A stretch of DNA of 64,000 bases. Source: an uncultured delta proteobacterium (GTDB taxonomy: Bacteria > Desulfobacterota > Binatia > UBA9968). The stretch lies in contig CAWJBB010000050.1 in NCBI GenBank assembly GCA_963840855.1, positions 1 to 64,000 on the forward strand, given 5' to 3'. The position numbers and the translations under genes are program-made. Below, one piece after another: positions 19,402-29,958 of this stretch. Under the pieces are notes generated by a model. The model saw only the letters and a list, made by a program, of their open reading frames with translations, made no database searches and was not told where the DNA came from. Numbering within the stretch: position 1 is the stretch's first letter; every line of letters begins with the position of its first letter.

Positions 19402-20385
19402 TTAGTCGAGATACCCGCGATCTCGCCAGAAGCGCGCAGCGGCGGGATGCAATGGCACTTCTAAGTGGCCCTCGGGAGTGTCGCGGGCCATCTGGGCCAG
19501 CGGCAGCGGCCCTTCCCCCGACCACGGAATATGTTCTTTGCTCGCTTCCAGCGCTTCGCAGAAATCGATGACTAGCGAGTCGGGTGTCTCTAGGTGCGTG
19601 TAGATCGGCCAGCCGCTGAAGTCGAGGCTCGGCACGTCGGCGGCGAGTTTTGGAAAGTCCTTTTTCTCGATCACGGCGCGCCTGAGACCGACGGTTTCCA
19701 ATCGCTCGAGCAGTTCTTCTTCCAACGGCAAAAAACCCATGCCTAACTCAAGCGCCATATTGCCCCAGGTGCTGGCGCCCTCGTCGAAGATCGCGTGGAT
19801 CTCGCCGCGGTGCACCGCGCCGATTCGATTGTTGCCGTAGGCCATGCCCGCGTCGTATCTGACTTCTCCGCCCCACGAGACGATGTCACTCAAGCTAAAC
19901 CCCGCCGCGGCAAGCACGTGATCGACGATAATATGCAGCGAGTGATCCGGCTGGCGGCGCAGCGATACTTTGAGCGGGAAGCGGCGCGCGCGAATCTCCG
20001 AAAAGGAATTCAAGCCGGTGTCGGATTTGACCGCAAACACCATCTGGTCGCGCGACGGGAGCACAGCGATGATGCGCAGTGCCGATAATTCATTGAAAGG
20101 CGCGCTGCCCAGGGCGGCGAGCTTGAGAATCATACCGGGGTTGATAATAGCAAACTGAACTTTCTTGGCGGCGACTTCATAAACAGTCGCGGGGCTATCG
20201 CTGCCGAATAGAATGAGCGGCCACTCCTCCGCGCCCTGCTCGCGCAGGCTGACGCGCGCTTGCAAATAGGGCCAATCACGCCGGTTGACCAGCGCGGAGG
20301 CGACTTCGAGCATCAAACGCGAGCGCGTCGTATGGGGATGGGTGCGCATGCGCGTCGGCTTCAGAAAAAATTCGTTGTCGCTCAT
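19402..20385 (-). CDS. TAXI-family TRAP solute receptor-like protein (no clear signal peptide)
   Basis: LRIIAVLP, C-terminal VPLHPAAARFWRDRGY. Confidence 0.75.
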   Translation of the reverse strand: MSDNEFFLKPTRMRTHPHTTRSRLMLEVASALVNRRDWPYLQARVSLREQGAEEWPLILFGSDSPATVYEVAAKKVQFAIINPGMILKLAALGSAPFNELSALRIIAVLPSRDQMVFAVKSDTGLNSFSEIRARRFPLKVSLRRQPDHSLHIIVDHVLAAAGFSLSDIVSWGGEVRYDAGMAYGNNRIGAVHRGEIHAIFDEGASTWGNMALELGMGFLPLEEELLERLETVGLRRAVIEKKDFPKLAADVPSLDFSGWPIYTHLETPDSLVIDFCEALEASKEHIPWSGEGPLPLAQMARDTPEGHLEVPLHPAAARFWRDRGYLD

Positions 20386-20415
20386 CGGCAGACCGATAAA
20401 ATAATTAGCCGCAAT

Positions 20416-21414
20416 TCACTTTGCTTTCAGCTCGCGATACGCCTCGCGGACGAAACTGAATTCCACCACCCGGGATACCGGCACCGGCTGTTTACTCCCG
20501 GCGAGTTTCAGACTCTCGTCGATGCCCGCATGCACGGCCTGGTCCGTCACCAGGCCGTTGTCGGACCAGGTCTTTAGCACAAGATCGAAAGCTTTCTCAG
20601 CCACGTCGCGGTCGACCTTCCAGCGCGCCGCGATGAGACCGATGGATTCCGCCCGCTGCATCCGCGCGTGGGCCATGGCGCGTAAAACCGCCGTGACCAC
20701 TTTCTTGATTTGATCCGGACGTTGTTGAATCCAGCGCTCAGATACGGAGAGACCGCCGCTGAGACTCTCCAACAACTCGCCCATGAAGGCCAGACGCCGC
20801 AGTCCCGTCCTCTCCGCCTGAATGTCCACCGGCACCGTCAAAGTCGTGGCATCGACGACCCCGCTGCGCAGAGCCATGAGCCGGTCCGGCGTATTGCCGA
20901 TGACACGCAGGACCATGTCCTTATCGGCGTCCACGCCGGCATCTTTGAGCAAACGCCTCGACAACAAAGATTCGCCGGAGGTAAGGGTGGCCACGCCCAA
21001 GACTTTGCCTTTGAGCTCTTTCAGCGTGCGAATCTCCGGCTTGGACATCAATGAGAACAACGGCCGATCGTTGTGCACCATCACAGTCTTGACGGGTAGT
21101 CCCCGAACCGCCGCGTTGATCGCCGTTCCGACAAAGGCAACATACTGAATATCGCCGGAAATTAGCGCCGTGACCGCGATGGTCGGCGGAATATTTATCA
21201 GCTCGACGTCGAAGCCGGATTGCTCGAAAAGCTTGGTTTCGCGGGCAATGACCACAGGCAAAGGAATCAGCCCGCCCACGGAGTAGCCGATGCGCACGCG
21301 CTCGAGCTCGCGGGTGGCGGAGAAAGCGCTTGGCGCGGCGATCGCACAGAATAGGGCGCAGCATAAAAATTTCGATCTTATCCTGAGCATTGTTGATCTA
21401 TTCGACAACGTCAC
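20416..21414 (-). CDS. ABC transporter substrate-binding protein, NMT1/SsuA-like
   Basis: Signal peptide; ELKGKVLGV and ALRSGVVDAT motifs. Confidence 0.85.
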   Translation of the reverse strand: MTLSNRSTMLRIRSKFLCCALFCAIAAPSAFSATRELERVRIGYSVGGLIPLPVVIARETKLFEQSGFDVELINIPPTIAVTALISGDIQYVAFVGTAINAAVRGLPVKTVMVHNDRPLFSLMSKPEIRTLKELKGKVLGVATLTSGESLLSRRLLKDAGVDADKDMVLRVIGNTPDRLMALRSGVVDATTLTVPVDIQAERTGLRRLAFMGELLESLSGGLSVSERWIQQRPDQIKKVVTAVLRAMAHARMQRAESIGLIAARWKVDRDVAEKAFDLVLKTWSDNGLVTDQAVHAGIDESLKLAGSKQPVPVSRVVEFSFVREAYRELKAK

Positions 21415-22127
21415 GGCCAGCGGTTGCGGTTTTGCGGCCGCTTGGCCCAGTAGTCCTCGAAAGCTTTCGGTCCGGCGCGCTCATACATGCGCCGGTGGGT
21501 TGCTTGATCCGCTTCATGTGGAACTACTCGTTCCGAATATTGTAGATGCAGCACTTTGCCTTCGGCCGCGGCTTTTTCCGCCGCCAGCAGGTCTTCCAAA
21601 AATTGGCGCAGCTCGCCGTGGTTGGCCATGTTGCTGCGGAAAATGAGCCGGCCGTCTATGTGAATGACAAAAAGCGCATTGGGCCAAGCGCCATAAGCAC
21701 GGTGGATTCTACCATCGAGATGATCGACGACGACGGGGAACTCGACTTTTTCCAAACGCTGCAGGTCGCGCGCGGCCGCGATTTTCTGTTCCAACGACCC
21801 ATGTGCCGGGTAATTTTCCGCTGGATGGGACTCCCTGGTGTAAAGTAAGAAAAACGCCACGCCGCTGGCGTCGAAATCTTTTTGCAGCCGATTGAACGCC
21901 GGCGCCTCGGAGGCGCACATGGGGCTTGTCACCGCGCCGGTCATCACGACGACGTGACGCCGGCCGCGAAAGTCGCTGAGACGGACAATTGAGCCGTCTA
22001 CCGCGACGGCTTCAAACTCCGGCGCGGCGACACCCACCTTCGCGGCCATCGTCTGGCCGGGATTCGCAGGCGACGGCGCGGCGGCGGCAAATTCTTCAAG
22101 ATTATAGGCGCGCTCTTCTTCGTTCAT
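21411..22127 (-). CDS. Iodothyronine-deiodinase-like / AhpC-TSA thioredoxin-fold protein
   Basis: VG..APEF, GAVTSPMC, LYTRESHP, VDHLDG..HRAYGAWPN motifs. Confidence 0.75.
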   Translation of the reverse strand: MNEEERAYNLEEFAAAAPSPANPGQTMAAKVGVAAPEFEAVAVDGSIVRLSDFRGRRHVVVMTGAVTSPMCASEAPAFNRLQKDFDASGVAFFLLYTRESHPAENYPAHGSLEQKIAAARDLQRLEKVEFPVVVDHLDGRIHRAYGAWPNALFVIHIDGRLIFRSNMANHGELRQFLEDLLAAEKAAAEGKVLHLQYSERVVPHEADQATHRRMYERAGPKAFEDYWAKRPQNRNRWP

Positions 22128-22141
22128 CTTTAGACTCTGAA

Positions 22142-22270
22142 TCAGCGGCTCTCCTCGCGATAAACACCGATGGCCTCGACGCGCTCTTCGCGCGCCCATA
22201 ACCCCTTCATCGAGTCTTTCGCCAGCTCCGCGTCGAGCACTTTCAATTCATTTACCTGGTCAGGTGCCAT
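22142..22270 (-). pseudogene. Internally deleted gentisate-1,2-dioxygenase-like cupin gene (N- and C-termini only)
   Basis: RBS + MAPDQVNELKVLDAELAKDSMKG, 1-nt slip, WAREER, then VEAIGVYREESR*. Confidence 0.5.
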
Positions 22271-22287
22271 GACTATTCCTTTCTGAA

Positions 22288-23481
22288 TTAGTGATCAGAG
22301 AGCCTGAAGTACTTGACCGCGTTGCCGACGGTCATCTTCCATTGTTCATCTTCCGGCACGCCGGCGAAATTTTCTTTGAGGACTTTTCTGGAGTTGGGCC
22401 AGTCGGATTCGAGATGCGGAAAGTCGTTCGCCCACATGACTTTTTCGACGCCTAGTTCTTGGCGCGCTATGCGTACGCCGACCGGGTTGCGATTGAAGCC
22501 CCAGTAGACATTCTCCCGGGCGTACTCGCTCGGCATGCGCTTCAAGCGCGGCAGGCCGAGCACGCGCTCGGCCCAGTATTGCTGCCGCCCATATTCGTTA
22601 TCCATCTGATCCATCCAGTTGGGCACCCAGCCGATCTGCACTTCAGCGACATAAATATTGAGCTTGTTAAAGCGCTCGAAGACGCCGGCCCAAATCATCT
22701 GCACGATCTGTTTGCTGCCGCGAAAGCCGTATTTGTTGAAGCGCTCGATCACGTCCGGCACATGGTGCTCGGGATCGGTGGCCTTGGGATACTTAAACGA
22801 CGGCGCGGCGACCGCCGCCTGCGGACCACGGCCACGGCGCGGAAAGCCGAACTCAACATGGATCGTCAACGCCATGCCGAGATCGACGACCGCAGCCCAG
22901 AAACGGTCGTCACCCGGCGTTGGATAGCGATTACCCGCCGGAAAGTTATCGATAGCCACGGCCTTGAGGCCTATCTTCTGGCAATGCTCCAGCTCCGTCA
23001 CCGCGTCGTCGATATCGGTGATCGGAATCACGCCGACGCCAATCAGCCGCTGCGGCGAAAAAGAGCAATACTCCTCCGCAAGCCAATCGTTATACGCGCG
23101 GACAACGGCTTTGTAAGCATCGTCGTTCCGTATGCCGCGCCAGAAGCCCGGCCCAACGTTGCCGGTAAAGAGCACTTCGGCATCGACGCCGTCTTTTTCC
23201 TGTTCCCGCAAGCGCTGTTCCGGCGAGCCCGTGCCCGGCGCGGTCTCGTAGCTTTCCCCCGGCAGCGGATCGAAAGGCCGCCGCTCCTCATAGGGCAGGC
23301 CGCAAGAAATGTTCGAGATCAAGCGCTCGAGCGGCTGGCCTTCCTGCAGCACCGCCAAGGTGCCGTCTTCGAGAGTGATCACCTTGGGAGCGCGGTCGCG
23401 AAACTTCGCCGCTACTCGACTGGCGTAACGGTCGGGCCGAATCTCCAGGTGGGAATCGGCTGAGATGCAATGATATTTCAC
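22288..23481 (-). CDS. Amidohydrolase_2 family protein
   Basis: ISADSH, AYNDWL, LTIH and WANDFPHLESDWP motifs. Confidence 0.9.
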   Translation of the reverse strand: MKYHCISADSHLEIRPDRYASRVAAKFRDRAPKVITLEDGTLAVLQEGQPLERLISNISCGLPYEERRPFDPLPGESYETAPGTGSPEQRLREQEKDGVDAEVLFTGNVGPGFWRGIRNDDAYKAVVRAYNDWLAEEYCSFSPQRLIGVGVIPITDIDDAVTELEHCQKIGLKAVAIDNFPAGNRYPTPGDDRFWAAVVDLGMALTIHVEFGFPRRGRGPQAAVAAPSFKYPKATDPEHHVPDVIERFNKYGFRGSKQIVQMIWAGVFERFNKLNIYVAEVQIGWVPNWMDQMDNEYGRQQYWAERVLGLPRLKRMPSEYARENVYWGFNRNPVGVRIARQELGVEKVMWANDFPHLESDWPNSRKVLKENFAGVPEDEQWKMTVGNAVKYFRLSDH

Positions 23482-23540
23482 TTTAGCTTCCCTCCAATTC
23501 GCGCTGCGATCCTTCAGCCTAGCGGCTCAACTGGCTTGTT

Positions 23541-23849
23541 CTACCGGTGCGCTTGCAAATCCTTAGCGGTGAACGGACCCGCGCCCATGATCTGATGGAC
23601 CTCCCACTCATAGAGGTCGAAGGCGCAAAATCCCGCCGCCGTGTAGGGATCGGCGCCCGCGATCTTTTCGGCGTCGGCTTTAGAAGCGGCGCGAATGACG
23701 TAAATGCCAAACTTTCGGTCCGGGGTGGGACCGGAAAATAGAATCGTGCCGGTTTCATGCTGCCGCTTCATCCAGACGAGATGCTGATCCAGGCTGACCG
23801 TCCACTCCTCCCGCGGCTTCACCGGCCGGCGCATTACCAAATACCACAT
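23541..23849 (-). CDS. YciI family protein
   Basis: HL.W, SGP and DPY..AG motifs; GGAGG RBS. Confidence 0.88.
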   Translation of the reverse strand: MWYLVMRRPVKPREEWTVSLDQHLVWMKRQHETGTILFSGPTPDRKFGIYVIRAASKADAEKIAGADPYTAAGFCAFDLYEWEVHQIMGAGPFTAKDLQAHR

Positions 23850-24003
23850 AGATACCTCCTTCGCTCTCGCGCCATCCGGTTACCGTCGAGACGCGAGACA
23901 AGCCTCGCCCAGGGATAAACCCAGCCTCGTTCACTGTCAACAAATTATTTGGCTGTGAAAAAACCGCCCGGCGGCAACGCTGACGAGTTCCTGCGCAGAA
24001 AAG

Positions 24004-24064
24004 AGGTTCAAAATGTTCAAATCGTTCAAGCTGTTCAAAATGTTTGGAACGATTGGTTGATTCA
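24004..24064. repeat. 9-bp-period GTTCAA array
   Basis: aggttcaaaatgttcaaatcgttcaagctgttcaaaatgtttggaacg. Confidence 0.7.
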
Positions 24065-25567
24065 AGTTGATGCGGTTCGCTTCCCTTTGAGAAAAGCCAT
24101 TACGAGGGGTGCCGCTAGCAAAATAATGGAGAGCAGGATCAGGGTGGCTGATAGCGGACGAGTGAAAAAGATCGTTGCGCTGCCCTGGGACAGGACCATC
24201 GATTGGCGCAGCGAGCGCTCGATGAGAGGGCCAAGCACGAGTCCCAGAACCAGGGGCGCGGACGGATAATCGAAAATGCGAAACAGATAGCCCAGGAGAC
24301 CAAAAAACGACAGCAGCCAGAGATCGGTGACGCTCTGGCGGACGCTGTAAACGCCCACAGCGCAGAAGCCGAGGATAAGCGGATAGAGAAAACGATAGGG
24401 AAGTCGAAGCAGGCTGGCGAAAAGCGGCACCAAAGGAAGGTTCAAGATGAGCAGCATCACATTGCCCACGTACATGCTGGCAATCAATCCCCACACGAGG
24501 TTCGGATGCTCTTGAAAAAGCATGGGCCCGGGTCGGATACCGTAGAGAATCAGCGCCCCCAGTAGCACGGCGGTGCCGCCCGACCCAGGAAGTCCCAGGC
24601 TGAGCATTGGCACCATGGCGCCCGCCGTATCCGCGTTGTTCGCCCCTTCCGGCCCGGCCACTCCTTCGATGGCGCCTTTACCGAAGCGCTCGGGGTGTGC
24701 CGAATAGCGCTTCTCCAGCGCGTAGGAAAGAAAAGACGAAATCGACGAGCCGGCCCCGGGCAACACGCCGATCACGAAACCGATCAACGTTCCACGGATG
24801 AAAGCGCCGCGACAGTCGCGCAGGTCCCGCGCGCTGGGCAGAAGATCGCGCAGGCGCGAGGAAACCCGAAATATCTCCGCCCCGGCACGCGGCTTGCCCA
24901 CGTTGGCCAAGACCTCACCGACGGCGAACAGTCCCGTGGCCACGACGATGAAGCTGATGCCGTCCGACAATTCGCTCTGGCCGTAGGTAAAGCGCAGCTT
25001 GCCGGTAAAGATGTCGAAGCCCACGGTGGCAAGAAAAAGGCCTACGGCGGCGGTGAGCAGCGCTTTCGTCATAGAGCGGCCGGCGAGAAATGCCACGGTG
25101 GTCAAGCCCATCACCATCAAGGAAAAGTATTCAGGGGGGCCAAAGCTCAGCGCAACCGCCGTAAGCATCGGACCGAGAAGAATGAGTCCCAAGAGCCCAA
25201 TAGTTCCCGCGATAAACGATGCAATCGCCGCGATGCCGAGGGCGGCGCCGGCGCGCCCTTGCAAAGCCATCTGATAGCCATCGATGCAAGTGACCACTGA
25301 CGACGACTCGCCCGGGGTATTGACCAGGATCGACGTGGTTGAACCGCCGTACTTCGTGCCGTAGTAGATACCCGCTAGCATGATCATACCGGTGGTGGGA
25401 TCCATGCGAAAAGTCAGCGGCAATAGAATCGAAACCGCCGCGGTGGTGCCGATGCCGGGGAGAATGCCGACCACGGTTCCCACCGTTACGCCGATCAAAC
25501 AGAACAAAAGGTTGTTGGGCATTAATGCGGTTTGAAAACCGTGTAGAAGGTTCGACAGGATATCCAT
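24062..25567 (-). CDS. tctA: Tripartite tricarboxylate transporter permease
   Basis: [33 protein letters not shown] motifs. Confidence 0.95.
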   Translation of the reverse strand: MDILSNLLHGFQTALMPNNLLFCLIGVTVGTVVGILPGIGTTAAVSILLPLTFRMDPTTGMIMLAGIYYGTKYGGSTTSILVNTPGESSSVVTCIDGYQMALQGRAGAALGIAAIASFIAGTIGLLGLILLGPMLTAVALSFGPPEYFSLMVMGLTTVAFLAGRSMTKALLTAAVGLFLATVGFDIFTGKLRFTYGQSELSDGISFIVVATGLFAVGEVLANVGKPRAGAEIFRVSSRLRDLLPSARDLRDCRGAFIRGTLIGFVIGVLPGAGSSISSFLSYALEKRYSAHPERFGKGAIEGVAGPEGANNADTAGAMVPMLSLGLPGSGGTAVLLGALILYGIRPGPMLFQEHPNLVWGLIASMYVGNVMLLILNLPLVPLFASLLRLPYRFLYPLILGFCAVGVYSVRQSVTDLWLLSFFGLLGYLFRIFDYPSAPLVLGLVLGPLIERSLRQSMVLSQGSATIFFTRPLSATLILLSIILLAAPLVMAFLKGKRTAST

Positions 25568-25570
25568 TGG

Positions 25571-26020
25571 TTAAAAACCCAAGGGACCGATGGGCAGCTC
25601 CACCGCCAGCAGGCGTATGAAAAACAGATAAAAGCCGATGCCGGAAGCCAACGCCACACAAAAGACGCTGCGCCACTTCTCGCCTTCGAGCTTGAGCAGA
25701 AAAGCGACCAGGAAGGTGAAAGCGGTAACGAAACCGAGAAAGTCTAAGCCGATGACAAAGGCAAGAATAGCGAAGTAGGCCAGGGCTTTTTGCTTCAACC
25801 CGGTGGCGGCCGGTTGATCGGCAGAAGGCGCCGCCGGCTGGCGCGCCCCCTGCGCCATCACGACGGCGCCGAGAACGGCAATGGCGATGCCGAGCCAGAA
25901 GGGAAAGAAGCCGCTGCCCGCGCCATAGCTACTGGCGAACTCGAGCTTGGCAGCTTCCCGCGCGATGAAAATGCCCAGCAGCAAAAAAAGGCCGCCGATC
26001 CAGCGGTCGGAGCGGGTCAT
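25571..26020 (-). CDS. tctB: Tripartite tricarboxylate transporter small subunit
   Basis: GAGSGFFPFWLG, four TM helices, C-terminal ELPIG; directly upstream of tctA. Confidence 0.88.
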   Translation of the reverse strand: MTRSDRWIGGLFLLLGIFIAREAAKLEFASSYGAGSGFFPFWLGIAIAVLGAVVMAQGARQPAAPSADQPAATGLKQKALAYFAILAFVIGLDFLGFVTAFTFLVAFLLKLEGEKWRSVFCVALASGIGFYLFFIRLLAVELPIGPLGF

Positions 26021-26111
26021 GATCGGCTCGTTGGCAACAACATGATGCGTCGATGCGCTAAACGCGGTGCTCTGTGAGCAATGTCCGAACCATCCGCGCA
26101 ACTAGTCCTTG

Positions 26112-27416
26112 TCAAGCGCACAGACGCGCCACTTCCCCGGCATCCTCGACGTTTTCCAACCGATAAACCAGCTCAACGGCTCGTTGGGCGCGGGCCGGCC
26201 CCAAAACTGGATCGGCCAAGTTCAAGAATTTCTCACTCACGTCTTCGTTGGTGAGAGGATTGGCCGCGTAGCCCTTCTGAATCGGCACCTCCGCTGCCAG
26301 CACGCCGCGGTTCTTGGTCTGCACGGCAATTTTCGCCTGGCCGGGATTGCACTCTGGATCGGCAATGACTTCGGTGCGACGGCGCAGTTCGGTTATTTCA
26401 GCATGGCGCACCGCCGCGTCGCTGAATTCGGCCGGACCGACGCGCCCGTTACACAGCGCTGCGGCGACACCATGTCCGATGCTGAACATGGATTGTGTGC
26501 CGTTCTCGGGTTCACTCTTACCCATCAAATACTGCGCGCGCGGCTCAACGTGAACTTCAGTCGAGACGATCTCTGCCGGGGTCAATTGATACGTGAAGCG
26601 CGCCTTGAGGGCGGCCTCGATGGCGGCATGGCCCAGCCGCCCGCAGGGAAATGGCTTGAGACGATTTTCCACCACGGCGTAGGATTGTCCGAGCCCGCGC
26701 GCCAAGTCGGGCGCCGGCGTGCCACCCATGGCCTGGGACAAACTCAACGGACCTTCCAAAGCGGGACCGGTGGTGCAACCACGGACCGCCAGCTGAGCGG
26801 CGAATAGCCCGTTGGCGGCGGCTTTTCCGGAGTGGAACGGCTTGGTCAAGAAACCATGCATTGCCACCAGACCGGCCGCCTGCGACGCAGCGATGCCGAG
26901 GGCGGCGACGATCTGCGGCGGGCTTAACTTCAATAAAATAGCAGCTGCGGTGGCGGCGCCAAAGACCCCAGCCACACCCATCATGTGCCAACCCCGGGAG
27001 TTTTCCCATCCGCCAATGGCTCGGGTCATTCGGCTCGCGACTTCAAAACCGAGAACGTAGGCGCGCAGCAGCTCGCGCCCGGAGAATGCGTGGTGTTCAG
27101 CCAGGACCAGCGCGGTCATAGCGGTTGGCGCACTCAGCGTGTCGTCGTAATCCAACGCGTGCGCGGCCGTGCCGTTGAACAAAGCCGCGTCCCGCAAAGC
27201 GGCGCGTTTGCCGGTGGCGAGAAGCGTAGCCTGGGGCTTGCCGCCTGACTCTTCGATCAGCTCGAGTGCCATCCGCGCCGCGTCACTATTGGCGCCGCCA
27301 ATGGCAGTTCCGAGACAATCCAGCAAGCCTCTCTGGCCGGCCTGGAGCGTCTCGCCAGGAAGCGCGCGATAATCGGTTTCCGCCAGAAACTTGGCGAGTG
27401 CGGTAGCTTGATCCAT
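26112..27416 (-). CDS. MmgE/PrpD family protein
   Basis: LDCLG, HALDYDD, KPFHSGKAA and KPFPC motifs. Confidence 0.9.
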   Translation of the reverse strand: MDQATALAKFLAETDYRALPGETLQAGQRGLLDCLGTAIGGANSDAARMALELIEESGGKPQATLLATGKRAALRDAALFNGTAAHALDYDDTLSAPTAMTALVLAEHHAFSGRELLRAYVLGFEVASRMTRAIGGWENSRGWHMMGVAGVFGAATAAAILLKLSPPQIVAALGIAASQAAGLVAMHGFLTKPFHSGKAAANGLFAAQLAVRGCTTGPALEGPLSLSQAMGGTPAPDLARGLGQSYAVVENRLKPFPCGRLGHAAIEAALKARFTYQLTPAEIVSTEVHVEPRAQYLMGKSEPENGTQSMFSIGHGVAAALCNGRVGPAEFSDAAVRHAEITELRRRTEVIADPECNPGQAKIAVQTKNRGVLAAEVPIQKGYAANPLTNEDVSEKFLNLADPVLGPARAQRAVELVYRLENVEDAGEVARLCA

Positions 27417-27428
27417 AATGGTGCTCCG

Positions 27429-28424
27429 TTATTTCTTGATTTCACCGAGTAGGCTGAGCGACTTTGCCAGGCTGTCAGTTTCCTCGTCTAAAAACTGCTT
27501 GAATTCCGCGGCGGGGAGAAACTTGGGAAACAACTCGATCTCGGCGCTGAACTGGAGGTAAGCCTGCGTGCGCGTCAGTTTGCGTAAAACTTCTTCCCAG
27601 TATTGGATCACCGCCCTGGGAAGATCCGGCGGCGCAACAATCCCACGCACCGTTCCCCGCGACACGCGCGCCGCCACCCCGGCTTCGCGCAAAGTTGGTA
27701 CCTGGGGCTGACCGGCCAGGCGTGTCTCGGAAAAACTTGCCAGCGCGCGCAGAGTTCCCGCGCGCAGATGTCCGCTCATATCGGCGGGTTGGCCGATTAC
27801 CAAGTTCACATGCCCGCCCAGCAGCGCGGTGACGGCTTCGCCGCCGCTGGGGAAGGCCACATAGTCCCACGACGCGCCGGTGCTTTCGATGATGGCGAGC
27901 CGGTCAAAATTAGGCGTGCTGGAAACCGAACCACCCGCCTGTTTTAGCTTGTTCGGATTAGCTTTCGCGTGATCGAGCAGATCTTTGATCGTCTTGAACG
28001 GAGAGTCCGCGCGCACCACGACAAGATTTGGATCTAATCCAAGAAGCGCCACGGGGCTCATTTCTTTGTAGCTGACTTTGATGTCTGGAGAGATTAGCGG
28101 CGCAGCGACCCAAACGCTGGTCATGCCAGCCAGCACATGATCGTCCCCCTTGCGCTTTACCAGCGCGGTCATCGCTTTTGCGCCGCCCCCGCCCTGGATA
28201 TTCTCCACCCGCATTTGTTGCGTCACCAACCGTTCCTTGGCCATGATGTCAGTGATGCGGCGCAGCATGGTATCCATGCCGCCGCCTGGTCCGCTGTGGG
28301 TGATGAAAACAACGGGTTTGTTCGGATACGAACCATCAGCGCCAATGCCGCGATACGCCCAAGAGAGCACTGCCAAACTGACAATTGCGTGAACCAAGAA
28401 TGGCCGCAGAGAAATCGCTTTCAT
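27429..28424 (-). CDS. tctC: Tripartite tricarboxylate transporter substrate-binding protein
   Basis: YPNKPV, GPGGGMD, ALLGGHV and VPTLREAG motifs. Confidence 0.9.
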   Translation of the reverse strand: MKAISLRPFLVHAIVSLAVLSWAYRGIGADGSYPNKPVVFITHSGPGGGMDTMLRRITDIMAKERLVTQQMRVENIQGGGGAKAMTALVKRKGDDHVLAGMTSVWVAAPLISPDIKVSYKEMSPVALLGLDPNLVVVRADSPFKTIKDLLDHAKANPNKLKQAGGSVSSTPNFDRLAIIESTGASWDYVAFPSGGEAVTALLGGHVNLVIGQPADMSGHLRAGTLRALASFSETRLAGQPQVPTLREAGVAARVSRGTVRGIVAPPDLPRAVIQYWEEVLRKLTRTQAYLQFSAEIELFPKFLPAAEFKQFLDEETDSLAKSLSLLGEIKK

Positions 28425-28572
28425 GCTTTGTCTCCTTCTTATCGAGCAACGTTAGAACCATTCGCCAAACTAGGCGAGCGCGGAATGATCACGCCGTAAC
28501 GAGAGCGCCGCAGCAGTTTTTGAATTCGTTCGTCCATTGTCGGGTGTACCAACCGGTTGGGGCGCGCGTCCG

Positions 28573-29958
28573 CTAATTTTGCGTCCGGACAAGCTCCAGC
28601 AGCGCATCGAGGCTCTGGCATCTTTCAATGCCGAGGAGCAGATCGAGCGCAGCGCTAACCCGAGTGGCCGGTAGCGAGCGCGCCGCGCAGGCGCGAAACT
28701 TTTCCGCTAGTTCAGCCTCGCTAATCCAGGGTTGTGCCGCTCCAGTTTCCAGACTGGCCAGCTGTTCCAATGCCTGCCCGTCCCGGAGGTGGATTTTGAG
28801 CTTGGCGGTGACTTCGCTGCCGCCGGATTCCTGCAGTGCCGGATCGGTGCCAACGACGATTTTCTTCATCAACGCGACAACTCTGGGATCGTTCACTTTT
28901 TCGTCCGTAAAATCGTTTAAGCCGACCTGGCGCTGCAGCATGGCCAGCGCCAGCGGAAAACTCACGCTGAACTTGCCCGCCAAGCCGCTCTTGGGCTCAG
29001 GATGGTTGAGGGTGGAAGTGACCACATCGCTGACGCCGACCTCGATTCGCTTGACCTTCTCCTCAGTGAGGTCATGGGCCCGCGAAAGTTCGATCATCTT
29101 GCGGATCGCCGGATGAACCAGGATCGCGCATGGGTAACGCTTGACATGCAGACCAGGGTCGAGGATAAAAAACGGCTTGCCAAGCTTGCCGGAAATTTGC
29201 TTAGGATCGTGCCGTCCTCCCATGGCCAGAAAAAAACCTCGCCTCGCCTCGAGGATGTCCGGCGCTGCAGTGAACCCGCTCTGGGCAAGCACCGCCGCAA
29301 CGACCCCCGCCTCGGCGGCGCGGCCCGAGTGGAAGGATTTGCTCATGGTCCCGAAGTTTTCTCTAAGGCCGCCCGCCATGGTCGCAGCCAATCCCATGGC
29401 GTGCATTAGCTGTGACTGATTCAGACCCAGAACGCTTGCCGCGGCCGCGGCGGCGCCCAGCCCCCCCATAGTGGCGGTCGATTGATAAGCGATCTGATAG
29501 GCGTCGGGAGGGATCGCCTCGGTGACGCGGCACGCTACTTCGATGCCGACAGCGCACGCCAGGAGAAGCGTTCGCCCGGTGATGGCGCGCGGCTCGCCCA
29601 CCGCCAGCGCGGCAGCTAGCGCCGGTACGGTCGGATGGATACGAATCCCATGGGCGGTGCCCGGCCACGAAGAAAGTTGGATGCTATCGAAGTCGAGCGC
29701 GTGGCCCGCCGCAGCGTTGGCGAGCGCGGCGCCGGCGGCACAGCCTTTTAAGCCCGCACCGATCAACGTCGCCTCCTCGCGACCGCCGGTTTGCTGGATA
29801 TAACGTTGCAATATTCGGCTGCCCTCCTCACAGGACCCCGCCAGCATGGTGCCGACGGCATCCACGATCAAGGTCTTGGTTCTGAAAATGGTTTCCTCAG
29901 GCAAGTCTTCAAAGCTGGTTGCACAGACGAATCGGACTATCTCGTTGGTAACACCCAT
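28573..29958 (-). CDS. MmgE/PrpD family protein
   Basis: HALDFD, NFGTMSKSFHSGRAA and KRYPC motifs; start placed at MGVTNEIV. Confidence 0.9.
   Translation of the reverse strand: MGVTNEIVRFVCATSFEDLPEETIFRTKTLIVDAVGTMLAGSCEEGSRILQRYIQQTGGREEATLIGAGLKGCAAGAALANAAAGHALDFDSIQLSSWPGTAHGIRIHPTVPALAAALAVGEPRAITGRTLLLACAVGIEVACRVTEAIPPDAYQIAYQSTATMGGLGAAAAAASVLGLNQSQLMHAMGLAATMAGGLRENFGTMSKSFHSGRAAEAGVVAAVLAQSGFTAAPDILEARRGFFLAMGGRHDPKQISGKLGKPFFILDPGLHVKRYPCAILVHPAIRKMIELSRAHDLTEEKVKRIEVGVSDVVTSTLNHPEPKSGLAGKFSVSFPLALAMLQRQVGLNDFTDEKVNDPRVVALMKKIVVGTDPALQESGGSEVTAKLKIHLRDGQALEQLASLETGAAQPWISEAELAEKFRACAARSLPATRVSAALDLLLGIERCQSLDALLELVRTQN

Noticed and set aside
21411-22199. Selenoprotein (Sec) deiodinase, and Sec in the TusA/DsrE operon
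   Set aside because: No in-frame TGA at the active-site positions; the codons are Ser or Cys
22459-23463. 334-aa plus-strand ORF (likewise 52436-53239, 10234-11145 and 55484-56131)
   Set aside because: Antisense shadows of well-supported genes, expected from codon bias
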